From Candidatus Binatia bacterium (GTDB taxonomy: Bacteria; Desulfobacterota; Binatia; UTPRO1), in contig JBGOSW010000001.1 in assembly GCA_041476145.1 (NCBI GenBank), positions 572 to 64,571 on the forward strand: 64,000 nt of DNA, written 5' to 3'. Made by a program: the position numbers and the translations under genes. The notes beneath the pieces are model-generated. The model saw only the letters and a program-made list of their open reading frames with translations. It searched no databases and had not been told where the DNA came from. Shown one piece after another: positions 18,258 to 31,312 of the stretch (its first letter is position 1; each line of letters starts with the position of its first letter).

Positions 18258-20408
18258 ATGGACGGCGCCCTGGATCGACTCGACTCCGGCATCTATCCCC
18301 CGCTGTTTCGCGAGCTTCGCACCTTGGCCTGCAACTACTGGTGGAGTTGGCAGCCGGACGGGCCCGAGCTCTTCCGCGACATCAGTCCCTCGCGTTGGGA
18401 AGAGGCCGGCCACAATCCGCGCCGACTCCTCGACACCACTCCCCTTGCCCGGCTGACCGAGCTCGACGTCGATCCGCGGTTTCGCGCCCGCGCGCGTGAC
18501 CTGCTGGCACGATTCGCCGCCGAGCTGAGGGCGCCGTCACCGTGGGCCGAGGGCCTGGCGCCACGCCTCACGGCCGAGCGACCGGTTGCGTACTTCTCGG
18601 CCGAGTTCGCGATCCACGAGTCGCTGCCGATCTATGCCGGCGGTCTCGGGGTGCTCGCGGCCGACCACCTGAAGTCGGCGTCGGACCTCGGTGTACCGCT
18701 GATCGCGGTCGGGCTCCTCTACCGGCAGGGCTACTTCCTGCAGGATCTCGATCGCTCGTCGTGGCAAAACGAGCGCTACGTCGACATCGACGTCGCGGCG
18801 CTCCCGATCGAGCGCGTCGTCGGCACCGACGGCGCGCCGCTCTCGGTGACGATCTCGATCGCGCACCGGACGGTGTACGTCGGCATCTGGCGGGTGCAGG
18901 TCGGTCGCGTGCCGCTCTACCTCCTCGACACCGATCGCGACGACAACGAAGAGCGCGACCGCTGGATCACCGGGCATCTCTATGGAGGCAACCAGGATAC
19001 TCGTCTGGTGCAGGAGCTGACGCTCGGCATCGGCGGCGTGCGCGCGCTGCGCGCGCTCGGCGTGCAGCCGGCGGTCTTTCACATGAACGAGGGGCACTCC
19101 GCGTTCCTCACCCTCGAGCTGCTACGCGAGCAGCTCGCGGCCGGCATGGAGCTCGAGGAGGCCACGGCGCGCGTGCGCGCGCAATGCGTGTTCACCACGC
19201 ACACGCCGATCACCGCCGGCCACGACGTGTTCGGCGTCGAGCTCGTCGACACGTTTCTCGCCGACTACTGGACGGATCTCGAGATCTCGCGCGCCACCCT
19301 CTTGAATTTCGGGCGCCGCCGACCGGACGACGCCTGGGAGCCCTTCGGCATGACGCCGCTGGCGATGCGCTTCGCGCGCTCCACGAACGGGGTGAGCCGC
19401 AAGCACGGCGAAGTGTGTCGCGAGATCTGGCGCGACCTCTGGAAGCACCACGAGCCCGATGCCGTTCCGATCGGCCACGTGACCAACGGCATCCACGTAC
19501 CGACGTGGACGGCGCCCGCGGCGCGCGCGCTGCTGACCGAGCATCTCGGTCCCGCGTGGGAGTCGCGCCTCGACGATCCGGAGCTTCCGGCGCGCATCGA
19601 CGCCATTCCCGACGAGGAGCTCTGGGAGCTCCGCAACCAGCTACGGCGCCACCTCGTCGCCGCCGTGCGCGCACACGCGCACGCGACGCGCGTCCGCAAG
19701 GGCGAAGACGAGCGGTTCATCGCCGCGGCGGACGCCCTTCTCGATCCGGGGGTGCTGACCGTCGGCTTCGCGCGCCGCATGGCGACGTACAAGCGCCTGA
19801 GCCTGATCGTCCACGATCCCGCCCGCATGGTACGGCTCATCGACACCGACCGGCCTCTCCAGTTCGTGCTCGCGGGCAAGGCGCACCCCTTCGACAACGA
19901 AGCCAAGCGCACGCTCCAAGAGCTGGCGCGCGTGCGTCAGCCGGTCGAGCACCTCGGACGGATCGTCTACCTCGAGAACTACGACGTCGCGCTCGCGCGC
20001 TGGCTCGTCCAGGGCTGTGACGTCTGGCTCAACCTGCCACGCCGTCCGCTCGAAGCGAGCGGCACCAGCGGGCAGAAGGTGATCGCCAACGGCGGCCTCA
20101 ACGTCAGCGTGCTCGACGGCTGGTGGATCGAAGGGTACGCCGGCGACAACGGCTGGCCGGTCGGCGACCATCTCGACGGCAACCCGAAGACGCAGGACGA
20201 CGCCGACGCCGAGGCGCTGTACACGGTGCTGGAGCGTGAAGTCGTACCGCTCTTCTACGAGCGCGACGCGCGCGGCATTCCCGTCGGTTGGCTCGCGCGC
20301 ATACGCGCGTCGATGCGGTCCATGTTGCCGTTCTTCAACACCCACCGCATGCTGCGGCAGTACACCGAGCAGATCTACCTGGGGGGTCCGGATGGAGGAT
20401 CGCGCTGA
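18258..20408 (+). CDS. glgP: alpha-glucan phosphorylase (GlgP, DUF3417-type)
   Basis: This is the internal ATG of track ORF 18153..20408. [10 protein letters not shown] near the N-terminus and [12 protein letters not shown] (PLP-lysine motif) are typical of this phosphorylase family. Confidence 0.9.
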   Translation: MDGALDRLDSGIYPPLFRELRTLACNYWWSWQPDGPELFRDISPSRWEEAGHNPRRLLDTTPLARLTELDVDPRFRARARDLLARFAAELRAPSPWAEGLAPRLTAERPVAYFSAEFAIHESLPIYAGGLGVLAADHLKSASDLGVPLIAVGLLYRQGYFLQDLDRSSWQNERYVDIDVAALPIERVVGTDGAPLSVTISIAHRTVYVGIWRVQVGRVPLYLLDTDRDDNEERDRWITGHLYGGNQDTRLVQELTLGIGGVRALRALGVQPAVFHMNEGHSAFLTLELLREQLAAGMELEEATARVRAQCVFTTHTPITAGHDVFGVELVDTFLADYWTDLEISRATLLNFGRRRPDDAWEPFGMTPLAMRFARSTNGVSRKHGEVCREIWRDLWKHHEPDAVPIGHVTNGIHVPTWTAPAARALLTEHLGPAWESRLDDPELPARIDAIPDEELWELRNQLRRHLVAAVRAHAHATRVRKGEDERFIAAADALLDPGVLTVGFARRMATYKRLSLIVHDPARMVRLIDTDRPLQFVLAGKAHPFDNEAKRTLQELARVRQPVEHLGRIVYLENYDVALARWLVQGCDVWLNLPRRPLEASGTSGQKVIANGGLNVSVLDGWWIEGYAGDNGWPVGDHLDGNPKTQDDADAEALYTVLEREVVPLFYERDARGIPVGWLARIRASMRSMLPFFNTHRMLRQYTEQIYLGGPDGGSR

Positions 20409-21504
20409 CCGCGCCGCACGCGCCGCCGCGACGACGATCGGGATCGTCACCGGCGGCGGCGACGCACCCGGCTTGAACGCCGTCATCCGCGCCGTACACC
20501 GCGCCGCAACCCGCCGCGGTATGCGCGTCGTCGGCTTCCGCGACGGATTCGACGGCTTGCTGCATCCCGAGACCGCGGTCGTCCTCGACCACGTGAACAC
20601 GGCCGGGATCCTCGGCCGGGGCGGCACCATCCTCGGCACCAGCAACCGTGGCAGTTTCACCGTCAAGACCGCGCTCGGCACGCCGCGCGCGCTCGACCCA
20701 TCGCTCGTCGAGCGCGTGCGCGCGACCATGCACCAGCTCGCGGTGAGCACGCTGGTGTGCGTCGGCGGTGACGGTTCGCTGACGATCGCGCTTCAGCTCG
20801 CGCAGGCGGGCATCCCCGTGGTCGGCATCCCCAAGACGATCGACAACGATCTCTCCGCGACCGATTTCACCTTCGGCTTCGACTCCGCGGTCGCGATGGT
20901 CACCGAGGCGCTCGACCGGCTGCACCCGACCGCATACAGCCACCGGCGCATCATGGTGCTCGAGGTCATGGGACGCCACGCCGGCTGGATCGCACTCTAC
21001 GGCGGCATCGCCGGCGGCGCCGACGTGATTCTCATCCCCGAGATCCCGTTCGACCTCGACGTAGCCGCGCGCACGGTGCGCACCCGCGAGGCCGCCGGCC
21101 GGCACTTCACCATGGTCGTGGTGGCGGAAGGCGCGGCACCCGCCGGCGGCGAGGTGCGGGCGACGCTGGAGCGCGATCGCGAGGCAAAACTCGGCGGCAT
21201 CGGCGCGATGATCACCTCGGAGCTCGAGCGACGCACGGGCAAGGAGGCCCGCTGCGTCGTCCTCGGTCATTTGCAGCGCGGCGGCCCTCCGACGAACACC
21301 GATCGCGTGCTGGCGACGGCCTTCGGCACCATGGCGGTGGGCCTGGTCGAGAAGAGCTGCTTCGGCGCCATGGTCGCGCTGCAGGGCTCGCACATCGTCG
21401 CGGTGCCGATCGCCGACGCCGTCGGGGCGCTGCGCCGCGTTCCCCCCGACTACTACCTGCTCGAGGTCGCGCGCGATCTCGGCGTCTCCTTCGGGGAGTC
21501 GTAA
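20392..21504 (+). CDS. pfkA: 6-phosphofructokinase, ATP-type signature
   Basis: This is the internal ATG of track ORF 20236..21504 and overlaps the glgP 3' end by 17 nt. Motifs are TGGGDAPGLNAVIRAV, GGDGS, PKTIDNDL and MGRHAGWIAL. Gly at the residue equivalent to E. coli PfkA 104 suggests ATP dependence. Confidence 0.88.
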   Translation: MEDRADRAARAAATTIGIVTGGGDAPGLNAVIRAVHRAATRRGMRVVGFRDGFDGLLHPETAVVLDHVNTAGILGRGGTILGTSNRGSFTVKTALGTPRALDPSLVERVRATMHQLAVSTLVCVGGDGSLTIALQLAQAGIPVVGIPKTIDNDLSATDFTFGFDSAVAMVTEALDRLHPTAYSHRRIMVLEVMGRHAGWIALYGGIAGGADVILIPEIPFDLDVAARTVRTREAAGRHFTMVVVAEGAAPAGGEVRATLERDREAKLGGIGAMITSELERRTGKEARCVVLGHLQRGGPPTNTDRVLATAFGTMAVGLVEKSCFGAMVALQGSHIVAVPIADAVGALRRVPPDYYLLEVARDLGVSFGES

Positions 21505-21656
21505 GCGGCACGTCCCTTGCCGCCGCGCATCGCATGGCGTGGCGTGTGGCGCCGTTCGCGCCGGCCGAATTTTGCCGATCGGGCGCCGCCGGCTAGCGAC
21601 GAGTGATTGACGCCGGATGATCGAGTTCATTAGAGTCCTGGGTGGGAGGATTTCCC

Positions 21657-23471
<1,815 letters not shown>

Positions 23472-23502
23472 GCGAGGCCGCCGTGCTCTTCCCGACGACA
23501 TC

Positions 23503-24801
23503 GTGAGCGAACGCAAGAATCTCGCGATCCTCGTCAGCGGCGGGCCGGCGCCGGGGATCAACAGCGTCATCGGCGCCGCCACGATCCGCAGCAATCTCGA
23601 GGGCGTCGACGTCCTCGGCATTCGTGACGGGTTCGAGTGGATCATGCACGGCGACATCGATCACGTGCACATGCTCGGGATCGACGAGGTGAGCCGCATC
23701 CACTTCCGCGGCGGCTCGTACATCGGCATCGCGCGCGCCAATCCGACGCTCGACCCGCAGCACCTCGAGAACACCGTGATCTCGCTCCTGCGGCTCAACG
23801 TTTCGCAGCTGATCACGATCGGCGGCGACGACACGGCGTTCTCGGCGATGCGGCTCGAGGAGTGCTCGGCGGGACGCATCCGGGTCGTGCACGTCCCGAA
23901 GACGATCGACAACGATCTCGACCTGCCGCCGCAGGTCGACACCTTCGGGTTCCAGACGGCGCGGCACTACGGCGTCGAGATCGTGAAGAACCTGATGGTC
24001 GACGCGAAGACGACCTCGCGCTGGTACTTCATCATCACCATGGGCCGCAAGGCCGGGCACCTGGCGCTCGGCATCGGCAAGGCGGCGGGAGCCACCCTGA
24101 CGCTGATCCCGGAGGAGTTCGGCGTTGAGCGCGTCAAGCTGAAGGCGATCGTCGATACGCTCGTCGGCGCGATCATCAAGCGTCTCAGCAACGGCCGCCG
24201 CGACGGCATCGCGGTGATCGCCGAGGGCGTGGTCCTCGGCATCGATCCCGCGGATCTCGCGCATCTCGACGACGTCGAGCGCGACGCACACGGCAACGTA
24301 CGCATCGCCGAAGTCGACCTCGGGGAGATCCTGAAGCACGCCGTCCAGGCCCGGTTGCGGGAGTTCGGCCTGAAGGAGACGATCGTCGCCAAGAACATCG
24401 GCTACGAGCTCCGCTGCGCCGACCCGATCCCCTTCGACATGGAGTACACCCGTGACCTCGGGTACTGCGCGGCGAAGTACCTGCTCGCCGGCGGCAACGC
24501 GGTCATGATCTCGATGCAGGGCGGCCGGTTCGTCCCGATCCCGTTCGCCGAGCTTCTCGACACCGCCACCGGCCGCGCACGCGTCCGTCTCGTCGACGTC
24601 ACCTCGACGCGGTACGCGATCGCGCGGCGCTACATGCTCCGCTTGCGCCGGGACGACTTCGAAGATCCGCACGAGCTCGCGAAGTTCGCGGCGACGGCGC
24701 ACGTCTCGTTGGACGAGTTCCGCCGGCAGTTCCAGGACCTGGTCGCGTTCGAGCCGCCGCCGTTACACATCGAGCCGCTCGGCGCGCCGGCGCGGAGCTG
24801 A
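23503..24801 (+). CDS. pfp: 6-phosphofructokinase, pyrophosphate-dependent-type signature
   Basis: This is an internal GTG (VSERKNLAILVSGGPAPGINSVI) of track ORF 23413..24801. GGDDT and PKTIDNDL give the Asp/Lys pair at the positions equivalent to E. coli PfkA 104/124, which is associated with PPi use. MGRKAGHLAL is also present. Confidence 0.8.
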   Translation: MSERKNLAILVSGGPAPGINSVIGAATIRSNLEGVDVLGIRDGFEWIMHGDIDHVHMLGIDEVSRIHFRGGSYIGIARANPTLDPQHLENTVISLLRLNVSQLITIGGDDTAFSAMRLEECSAGRIRVVHVPKTIDNDLDLPPQVDTFGFQTARHYGVEIVKNLMVDAKTTSRWYFIITMGRKAGHLALGIGKAAGATLTLIPEEFGVERVKLKAIVDTLVGAIIKRLSNGRRDGIAVIAEGVVLGIDPADLAHLDDVERDAHGNVRIAEVDLGEILKHAVQARLREFGLKETIVAKNIGYELRCADPIPFDMEYTRDLGYCAAKYLLAGGNAVMISMQGGRFVPIPFAELLDTATGRARVRLVDVTSTRYAIARRYMLRLRRDDFEDPHELAKFAATAHVSLDEFRRQFQDLVAFEPPPLHIEPLGAPARS

Positions 24802-24865
24802 GCGCGCCGCACCGCGCTCCGGCCGGCACGCCGTCCGGTCGGCCGCTGCGGTCGCGGCGACGTCT

Positions 24866-26854
24866 TCAGCTGGCGGCACGCCGCCCCTGCGGCGGCGCGG
24901 CGGCGGACGGCGCCGCGGCGCTCGCTGCGGCGTCGGGTGTCGACACGGCGTCGGCGAGGACGCGCTTCAGGTCCTCGCCCTCGAGCGACTCGCGCTCGCG
25001 AAGGACGGCCGCCAAACGCTCCAGCCCGGCACGGTTCGTCGCGAGCAGCTCACCTGCCCGCGCATGCGCACGGCGGACGAGCACGGCGACTTCGGCATCC
25101 AGCATCTCGGCGGTCGCTTCGCTGACCGGCAGATCACGGCCGGCGAGACCGTCGACGCCGCGCACGTACCGGCCGCGGTCCGGGGTGACGAAGCTCAGCG
25201 GGCCGATCTTGTCGCTCATCCCGAACTCCCACACCATGTGGCGCGCGATCTGCGTCGCATGCTCGATGTCGTTGTGGGCGCCGGTGGTGACGCGGCCGAA
25301 GACCAGCTCCTCCGCCGCGCGCCCGCCGAGCAGCACCGCCAGCCGATCCTCGAGCTCGGGCTTGCTCTGCAAGGCGCGCTCCTCCACCGGCAGCTGCATG
25401 GTGTAGCCGAGCGAGCCGAGCGTGCGCGGGATGATCGTGATCTTGTGTACGGGATCCGCGTTCGGCACCAGCGCCGCCACGATCGCGTGCCCGGCCTCGT
25501 GATGCGCGACGATGTTCTTCTCCGCGTCGGAGAGGACGTGGCTGCGGCGCTCGATGCCGGCCGTCAAACGGTCGGCGGCCTCCTCGAACTCCGCCTGCTC
25601 GACGTGTTGCTTGCCGTGCCGCGCCGCCAGCAACGCGGCTTCGTTCACGAGATTCGCGAGATCGGCGCCCGAGAATCCCGGCGTCCGCGACGCGATCGTC
25701 TCGACGTTCAGCCCGGACGCATAGCGCACCTTGCGCAGGTGCACCTGCAGGATCTTCACCCGGCCGCGTAGATCCGGCATGTCGACGACGATGCGGCGAT
25801 CGAAACGGCCGGCGCGCAGCAGTGCGGGATCGAGCACCTCGGGCCGGTTCGTCGCCGCGAGCAGGATCACGCCGCCCGAGGGATCGAAGCCGTCCATCTC
25901 GACCAGCAGCTGGTTCAACGTCTGCTCCTGCTCGTCGTGACGCCCGAAGCCGGCGGGCGCGGCGCTGCGCGACTTGCCGACCGCGTCGAGCTCGTCGATG
26001 AACACGATGCACGGCGCCTTCGTCTTCGCCTGCTCGAAGAGATCCCGGACGCGTGCAGCCCCGACGCCGACGAACATCTCGACGAACTCCGAGCCGCTGA
26101 TCGAGAAGAATGGCACCGCCGCCTCGCCGGCGATCGCGCGCGCGAGGAGCGTCTTTCCGGTCCCGGGCGGCCCGACGAGGAGGACTCCCTTGGGAATCTG
26201 CGCGCCGAGGAGCCGGTAGCGCTCCGGTTCCTTCAAAAACTGAACGATCTCGAGCAGCTCGCTTTTCGCCTCGTCGATGCCGGCGACGTCGTCGAATCGG
26301 ACTTTGATGTCCTGCTCGCTGTAGATCCGCGCGCGGTTCTTGCCGAGCGTGAGCGCCTGCCCGATCCCTCCTTGGGTCAGGCGGCGGGCGGCGAAACTCC
26401 AGACCGCCATCAGGATCCCGATCGGCAGGATCCACGCGAACAACAGATCACGCCAGAACGTGTTCTCGATCCGACCGGCGAAGATGACGCCCTTTTGCGT
26501 GAGTTGCTCGAGGAGGGTGTTGTCGTCGATGTTCGGAAGGCGATTCACCTCGAAGAGGCGATCCGGTTCGGCGCCGGTCCAGCGGGCGGCGAGCGGCTGC
26601 CCGCGCTCGATCATCTTGCGGAGGTCGTCGGGCAGCGGCGCGTCGGCGCGCAGCTTGAAGCGGATGCTGGTGGCGCCGATCAGCGCCTCCTCGATCTGCC
26701 CTTGCTCGAGCATGGTCTGGAAGCGGCTGTAGGGCACCGTTGCCGGCGGCGCGCTGCCGATGATGCCTTGCAACAGGAAGAGGAGCGCCAGCGCCGCCGC
26801 GACGTAGGTGAACGAAAACCGCATCTTCGTCTTGTCGATGGTCGGCCGCCTCAT
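24866..26854 (-). CDS. ftsH: ATP-dependent zinc metalloprotease FtsH
   Basis: The 662-aa product has an N-terminal TM helix, Walker [14 protein letters not shown], an AAA+ module and the zinc site HEAGHAIV. Confidence 0.96.
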   Translation of the reverse strand: MRRPTIDKTKMRFSFTYVAAALALLFLLQGIIGSAPPATVPYSRFQTMLEQGQIEEALIGATSIRFKLRADAPLPDDLRKMIERGQPLAARWTGAEPDRLFEVNRLPNIDDNTLLEQLTQKGVIFAGRIENTFWRDLLFAWILPIGILMAVWSFAARRLTQGGIGQALTLGKNRARIYSEQDIKVRFDDVAGIDEAKSELLEIVQFLKEPERYRLLGAQIPKGVLLVGPPGTGKTLLARAIAGEAAVPFFSISGSEFVEMFVGVGAARVRDLFEQAKTKAPCIVFIDELDAVGKSRSAAPAGFGRHDEQEQTLNQLLVEMDGFDPSGGVILLAATNRPEVLDPALLRAGRFDRRIVVDMPDLRGRVKILQVHLRKVRYASGLNVETIASRTPGFSGADLANLVNEAALLAARHGKQHVEQAEFEEAADRLTAGIERRSHVLSDAEKNIVAHHEAGHAIVAALVPNADPVHKITIIPRTLGSLGYTMQLPVEERALQSKPELEDRLAVLLGGRAAEELVFGRVTTGAHNDIEHATQIARHMVWEFGMSDKIGPLSFVTPDRGRYVRGVDGLAGRDLPVSEATAEMLDAEVAVLVRRAHARAGELLATNRAGLERLAAVLRERESLEGEDLKRVLADAVSTPDAAASAAAPSAAAPPQGRRAAS

Positions 26855-27033
26855 ACGAGTCGAGTCTGCTCACGTTGCGTCGGGGTAGCAAGAGCGGCCA
26901 AAACCCCCAAATTACATCACCTCACGCGCGTACCTTCGCCGCGCCACGTACGCCGCCGATTCGTTGCGGGCGGGCGCGGGCTCCTGGTAGAGATCGACGG
27001 CGCGCCGGATCCCCGACGCGCCGCCACGGCACC

Positions 27034-27945
27034 ATGGTCGGATCGCGTCCTTCGCCGCCCGACGACGCGTGCGTCCTCTGCGGAGGCGCGCAACGCGCGC
27101 GTTACGACCTCGGAGCGCACCGACTGCTCTACTGCCGGCGCTGTCAGCTCGGACAGCTCTCGCCGCTGCCGACCGACGCGGAGCTGAACGCGCTCTATGC
27201 CTCGTCGGCGTACTTCAGCAGGGGCGACGGTGTCGGCTACGCGGACTACGTCGCCGACGCCCCGCAACACGCGCGTTCGTTCCGCGCGCGTCTCGCGATG
27301 CTGCTGCGGTACGGCCCGATCGACGATCTCCTCGAGATCGGCTGCGGTCCGGGGCTTTTCCTCGCCGAGGCGCGTCGCCTCGGTGTGACACACGTCGTCG
27401 GCGTCGACCCGAACCCGTGGGCCGTCGAGCAAGCATGCGGGCGCGGCGTCGAGGCGCACGTCGGCTCCGTGGAGACGATCGATCCGAGTCGGCGGTTCGA
27501 CGCCGTCGTGATGCTCGACGTGCTCGAGCACGTCGTCGCGCCCCTGCCCTTTCTCGCCGCGGTACGCGCGCGCCTGCGGCCCGACGGACGCCTGCTCGTG
27601 ATGACCCCGAACATCCGCTCGCTGCTGGCGCGGGTTTCGGGACGCCGCTGGGTGTCGCTGAAGGCGCCGGAGCACGTCCGCTACTACAGCCCGCGCAGCG
27701 TCCGCGCGCTGCTCGACGCCGCCGGCTTCGACGTCCTCGCCGTACGCGCCGCGGGTCAGTACGTGACCGTCGCGTTCTTCCTCGCGCGCCTCGAGCGACT
27801 CGTACCGCGTCCCGCGCGCGTGCTCCGACGGGTCGCGGACGCGCTCGCGCTCGGCGGCCGGGTCCTTTTTCTGACCAACGGTTCGATCGACGTCGTCGCG
27901 CGCCCAGCGAGATCCGCGGTGGATTCGGCACCGACCCGACGTTGA
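27034..27945 (+). CDS. class I SAM-dependent methyltransferase with N-terminal Cys4 zinc-ribbon
   Basis: This is the internal ATG of track ORF 26875..27945. The Cys4 motif is CVLCGG...YCRRCQ, followed by SAM motif I LLEIGCGPGLF. Confidence 0.8.
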   Translation: MVGSRPSPPDDACVLCGGAQRARYDLGAHRLLYCRRCQLGQLSPLPTDAELNALYASSAYFSRGDGVGYADYVADAPQHARSFRARLAMLLRYGPIDDLLEIGCGPGLFLAEARRLGVTHVVGVDPNPWAVEQACGRGVEAHVGSVETIDPSRRFDAVVMLDVLEHVVAPLPFLAAVRARLRPDGRLLVMTPNIRSLLARVSGRRWVSLKAPEHVRYYSPRSVRALLDAAGFDVLAVRAAGQYVTVAFFLARLERLVPRPARVLRRVADALALGGRVLFLTNGSIDVVARPARSAVDSAPTRR

Positions 27946-27946
27946 G

Positions 27947-29329
27947 GTGCGCACGCCTTCGATGGCCACGCTCGCCACCACCGCCGGCGTCCCCGGCGCC
28001 CGCGCCGCCGAGCTCCGCGCGCTCGTGCGGCTGGCTTTGCCGGTCGTCATCGCCGAGCTCGGCTGGATGGCGATGTGGCTCGTCGACACGATGCTCGTCG
28101 GCCGCGTCGGCGCCGAGGCGATCGGAGCCGTCAGCGTCGGCGGCAATCTCTTCTTCACCATCGCGATCTTCGGAATGGGGCTTCTTCTCGGCCTCGACTA
28201 CACGGTGGCGCACGCGCACGGCGCCGGACGGACGCGCGCGGCGCACGAGGCATTGATCGACGGAATGTACCTCGGCGTCGTCGCGACCGCCGCACTCACC
28301 GCCGTCGCCTGCGCCGCGATACCGCTGCTCGCGCACGCAGGCCTGAACCCGCGCGTCCTCGCACAGGCACGTCCGTACTTCGCCGCGACGCTCTGGAGCC
28401 TCCTGCCCCTCCTGCTCTTCGCCGCTTTCCGGCGCTACCTCCAAGGCCTCGGCCTCGTGCTCCCGGTGACGGCGACCATCGTCAGCGCCAACCTGGTGAA
28501 CGCCGCCGCCGGCTGGATCCTCATCTTCGGAAAGCTGGGCGCGCCGGCGCTCGGCGCCGAGGGCGCCGGATGGGCGACCACGGCCTCGCGCGTCTACATG
28601 CTCCTCGCTCTCGTGGCGTACGTCGTTTGGCGCGAGCGCCGGCACACGACCGGACTCTTTCGAGTCTCGCTTCGCCCGCGGCTCGCGCGCCTCGCGCGGC
28701 TCGCGCGGCTCGGCCTTCCCGCCGCCCTCCAGACGTCGCTCGAAGTCGGCGCGTTCGCGTGCGCGACGACGCTCGCCGCCACGCTGGACGCGACCGCGCT
28801 CGCCGCCCATCAACTCGCGCTCAACACCGCGGCGACGAGCTTCATGGTGCCGCTCGGCGTCTCGTCGGCGGCGGCCGTCCGCGTCGCGCAGTCGCTCGGG
28901 CGCCGTGACGTGGCCGGCGCACGGCGCGCCGGATGGATCGCGCTCGCCATCGCCGCGCTCGTGATGCTGTCGTCGGGTCTCGCGTTCGTTCTCGCACCGC
29001 GCGCGATCCTCCGCGCGTTCACCGACGACCCCGCAGTCATCGAGACCGGCGTCGCGCTGCTGCGGGTGGCCGCCCTCTTTCAACTCTTCGACGGCGTCCA
29101 GGTGGTGGCGACGGGCGCCCTGCGCGGCACCGGCGACACCCGCACGCCGATGATCGCGAACCTCGGAGGCTACTGGCTCCTCGGCCTGCCGATCGGCTAC
29201 GTGCTCTGCTTCCGGCAGGGCCTCGGCATCATCGGCCTCTGGATCGGTCTCTCGATCGGCCTCGTCGTCGTCGCGCTCGCGCTGCTCTACGCGTGGTCGC
29301 GACGGCTCCCGGCCACCGCCGGCGCCTGA
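27947..29329 (+). CDS. MATE-family (MOP superfamily) transporter
   Basis: The 460-aa polytopic product has a NorM/DinF-like N-terminus (LALPVVIAELGWMAMWLVDTMLVGRVG). The GTG start lies 1 nt after the methyltransferase stop. Confidence 0.85.
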   Translation: MRTPSMATLATTAGVPGARAAELRALVRLALPVVIAELGWMAMWLVDTMLVGRVGAEAIGAVSVGGNLFFTIAIFGMGLLLGLDYTVAHAHGAGRTRAAHEALIDGMYLGVVATAALTAVACAAIPLLAHAGLNPRVLAQARPYFAATLWSLLPLLLFAAFRRYLQGLGLVLPVTATIVSANLVNAAAGWILIFGKLGAPALGAEGAGWATTASRVYMLLALVAYVVWRERRHTTGLFRVSLRPRLARLARLARLGLPAALQTSLEVGAFACATTLAATLDATALAAHQLALNTAATSFMVPLGVSSAAAVRVAQSLGRRDVAGARRAGWIALAIAALVMLSSGLAFVLAPRAILRAFTDDPAVIETGVALLRVAALFQLFDGVQVVATGALRGTGDTRTPMIANLGGYWLLGLPIGYVLCFRQGLGIIGLWIGLSIGLVVVALALLYAWSRRLPATAGA

Positions 29330-29374
29330 CGCCGCGACGCAGCGGCACCCGCGAGGCGCGACGATCGATCCGGC

Positions 29375-31312
29375 TCAACGAGGCCGCGGATCGAGCACCT
29401 GGCGCAGCATCTCCTCCGCCGCCGCGAAGTCCGGCTTCAGACGCAACGCCTCGTGGTAGTGCCCGACCGCGCCTTCGCGATCGCCCCGCTGCAAGAGGGC
29501 GTTGCCGAGGTCGTAGTGTGCGTCGGGAGAGCCGGGGTCGCGGCGCAGCGCCTCCGTGTATTGCGCGATCGAACCGTCGAGGTCGCCGCGCGCGAACAGA
29601 ACGACACCGAGGTTGATGTGCGCAGCGACGTGACCGGGCTCGAGCCGCACCGCCTCGAGCAGATGCGTCTCCGCCTCTTCGAGCTCGCCGCGCGCTTGCA
29701 GAATCACGCCGAGGTTGCTGTGCGCCTTCACGTCGCTCGGCCGGATGGCAAGCGTGCGGCGATACTCTTCCAGCGCCTCGTCGAGGCGTCCGCTCTTCTG
29801 TAACAGCAGTCCACGGTTGTAGTGCGCGTCGGCGTAGAAGGGTGCGAGGGCGAGCGCGACGTCGTAGTGGGCGAGCGCCGCGGCGGCGTTCCCCTGCTTG
29901 GCGAGGATCAATCCGAGATTGTTGTGCGGGTCGGCGTAGTCGGGCTTCATGCGCAGCGCCGCTGCATAGTAGCGCGACGCCTCCGCGAGATCGCCGTCGG
30001 TGTCGAGTTGGGCACCGACTTGGAACGACGCCAGGTAGTTGTCCCGGGTCACCGCCAGCGCGTGGCGGAACAGCGTGCCGCCGTCTCGCCAGCGGGCCAC
30101 CTGGAACCACGTCGACGCCATGCAGGCGACGACGATCGCGCTCGCCGCCACGTATTGGTAGCCGCGGCGAACGCGCCACCGTGCACAGACGTCGCTCGCC
30201 CCCCACACGAGCGCGAGGAAGACGCCGACGAGCGGGACGTACGTATACCGGTCGGCGAGCGCCTGGGCACCGACCTGCACGAGCCCGATCACCGGCACGA
30301 GCATGCCGACGAACCAGAACCATCCGACGAAGAGGTACGGACGCGTCCGGCACTGAGCGATCGCGGCGACCGACATGCCCGCGAGGACGAGGACGGCGGC
30401 GCCGACGGCCCACCAGGACAACTCCTTGGGATACGGATAGAAACAGGAGAGATCGACGGGCCACAGCATCTTCCGCAGATAGGTCACGTACGCGAGCGCG
30501 GCGTTCGCGGCCCGGCGCGAGAGCGGAGCGTCGATCACGCCGATGGCACCCCGTTGCGCGCCGAGCGTGATCACGCTCACGGCGACGCTGAAGACGACGA
30601 GCGGCAGCTTCTCGAGGAGCAAGTGGGCCGGACGCGCACGCGCCAGTCCGAGCGCACGGTCGCCGCTCGCCAGCGCCGCCGGCCGCGCCGTGCCGCCGAG
30701 CGCCAGACGCCGCAGCGGCCAGACGTCGAGCAGCAGGAGGATGAACGGGAACGTGACCAGCATCGACTTGCACATGAGCCCGAGGACGAACGCGCCGGCG
30801 ACGCGCGCATATCGCCCGACACTCGGTCGCTTCACGTACGCGGCGTATGCCACGAGCGCGAGGAAGAGGAACGTCGTGCTGAGGACGTCCTTGCGCTCCG
30901 CGACCCACGCGACCGATTCGACGTGCAGCGGATGGACGCCGAAGAGCACGGCGACGAGCGCGCTACGTCCGTCGGCCGCCCCCATGGCGCGCAGCGCGAC
31001 GAAGAGCAGCAGCGTATTGGCGACGTGCAGCACGACGCTGGTGAGATGGTGGCCGCCCGCGTTCATGCCGAAGATCTGGACGTCGAGCATGTGCGAGAGC
31101 CACGTGAGCGGGTGCCAATTCGCCAGGTCGGTCGAGGTGAACGCCCATCGCACTCCGCGAGCGGTGAGCCCCTGGCGCACGTAGGGATTCGCCGTCACGT
31201 ACGACGGATCGTCGAAGGCGATGAAGCGAGCCCATGCGAGTTGCGCAAACGGCAGCAGAACCGCGGCGGCGAGACCCGCCGCGACGATCACCGACGGGGG
31301 CGGGCGCCGCAC
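29375..31312 (-). CDS. TMTC/PMT-like GT-C membrane glycosyltransferase with C-terminal TPR repeats
   Basis: The 645-aa product has a polytopic N-terminal ~420 aa with an acidic first-loop motif (FIAFDDPSYV) and WHPLTWLSHMLD. The C-terminal ~220 aa consist of consecutive TPR units (AHYNRGLLLQKSGRLDEALEEY and similar). The GTG start at 31312-31310 abuts the metH stop. Confidence 0.75.
   Translation of the reverse strand: MRRPPPSVIVAAGLAAAVLLPFAQLAWARFIAFDDPSYVTANPYVRQGLTARGVRWAFTSTDLANWHPLTWLSHMLDVQIFGMNAGGHHLTSVVLHVANTLLLFVALRAMGAADGRSALVAVLFGVHPLHVESVAWVAERKDVLSTTFLFLALVAYAAYVKRPSVGRYARVAGAFVLGLMCKSMLVTFPFILLLLDVWPLRRLALGGTARPAALASGDRALGLARARPAHLLLEKLPLVVFSVAVSVITLGAQRGAIGVIDAPLSRRAANAALAYVTYLRKMLWPVDLSCFYPYPKELSWWAVGAAVLVLAGMSVAAIAQCRTRPYLFVGWFWFVGMLVPVIGLVQVGAQALADRYTYVPLVGVFLALVWGASDVCARWRVRRGYQYVAASAIVVACMASTWFQVARWRDGGTLFRHALAVTRDNYLASFQVGAQLDTDGDLAEASRYYAAALRMKPDYADPHNNLGLILAKQGNAAAALAHYDVALALAPFYADAHYNRGLLLQKSGRLDEALEEYRRTLAIRPSDVKAHSNLGVILQARGELEEAETHLLEAVRLEPGHVAAHINLGVVLFARGDLDGSIAQYTEALRRDPGSPDAHYDLGNALLQRGDREGAVGHYHEALRLKPDFAAAEEMLRQVLDPRPR

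Noticed and set aside
21505-21641. Candidate sigma-70-like promoters with TTGACG hexamers, at about 21608-21613 upstream of the sugar dehydrogenase and about 61065-61070 upstream of the acyl-CoA ligase.
   Set aside because: No acceptable -10 hexamer lies at 16-18 nt spacing in either case. Promoter consensus for this organism is unknown, so I do not report them as features.
28675-28715. Short tandem nucleotide repeat encoding LARLARLARLG inside the MATE gene.
   Set aside because: It has only three imperfect 9-nt units within a normal loop region of a well-supported CDS, with no sign of phase-variable length or a frameshift.
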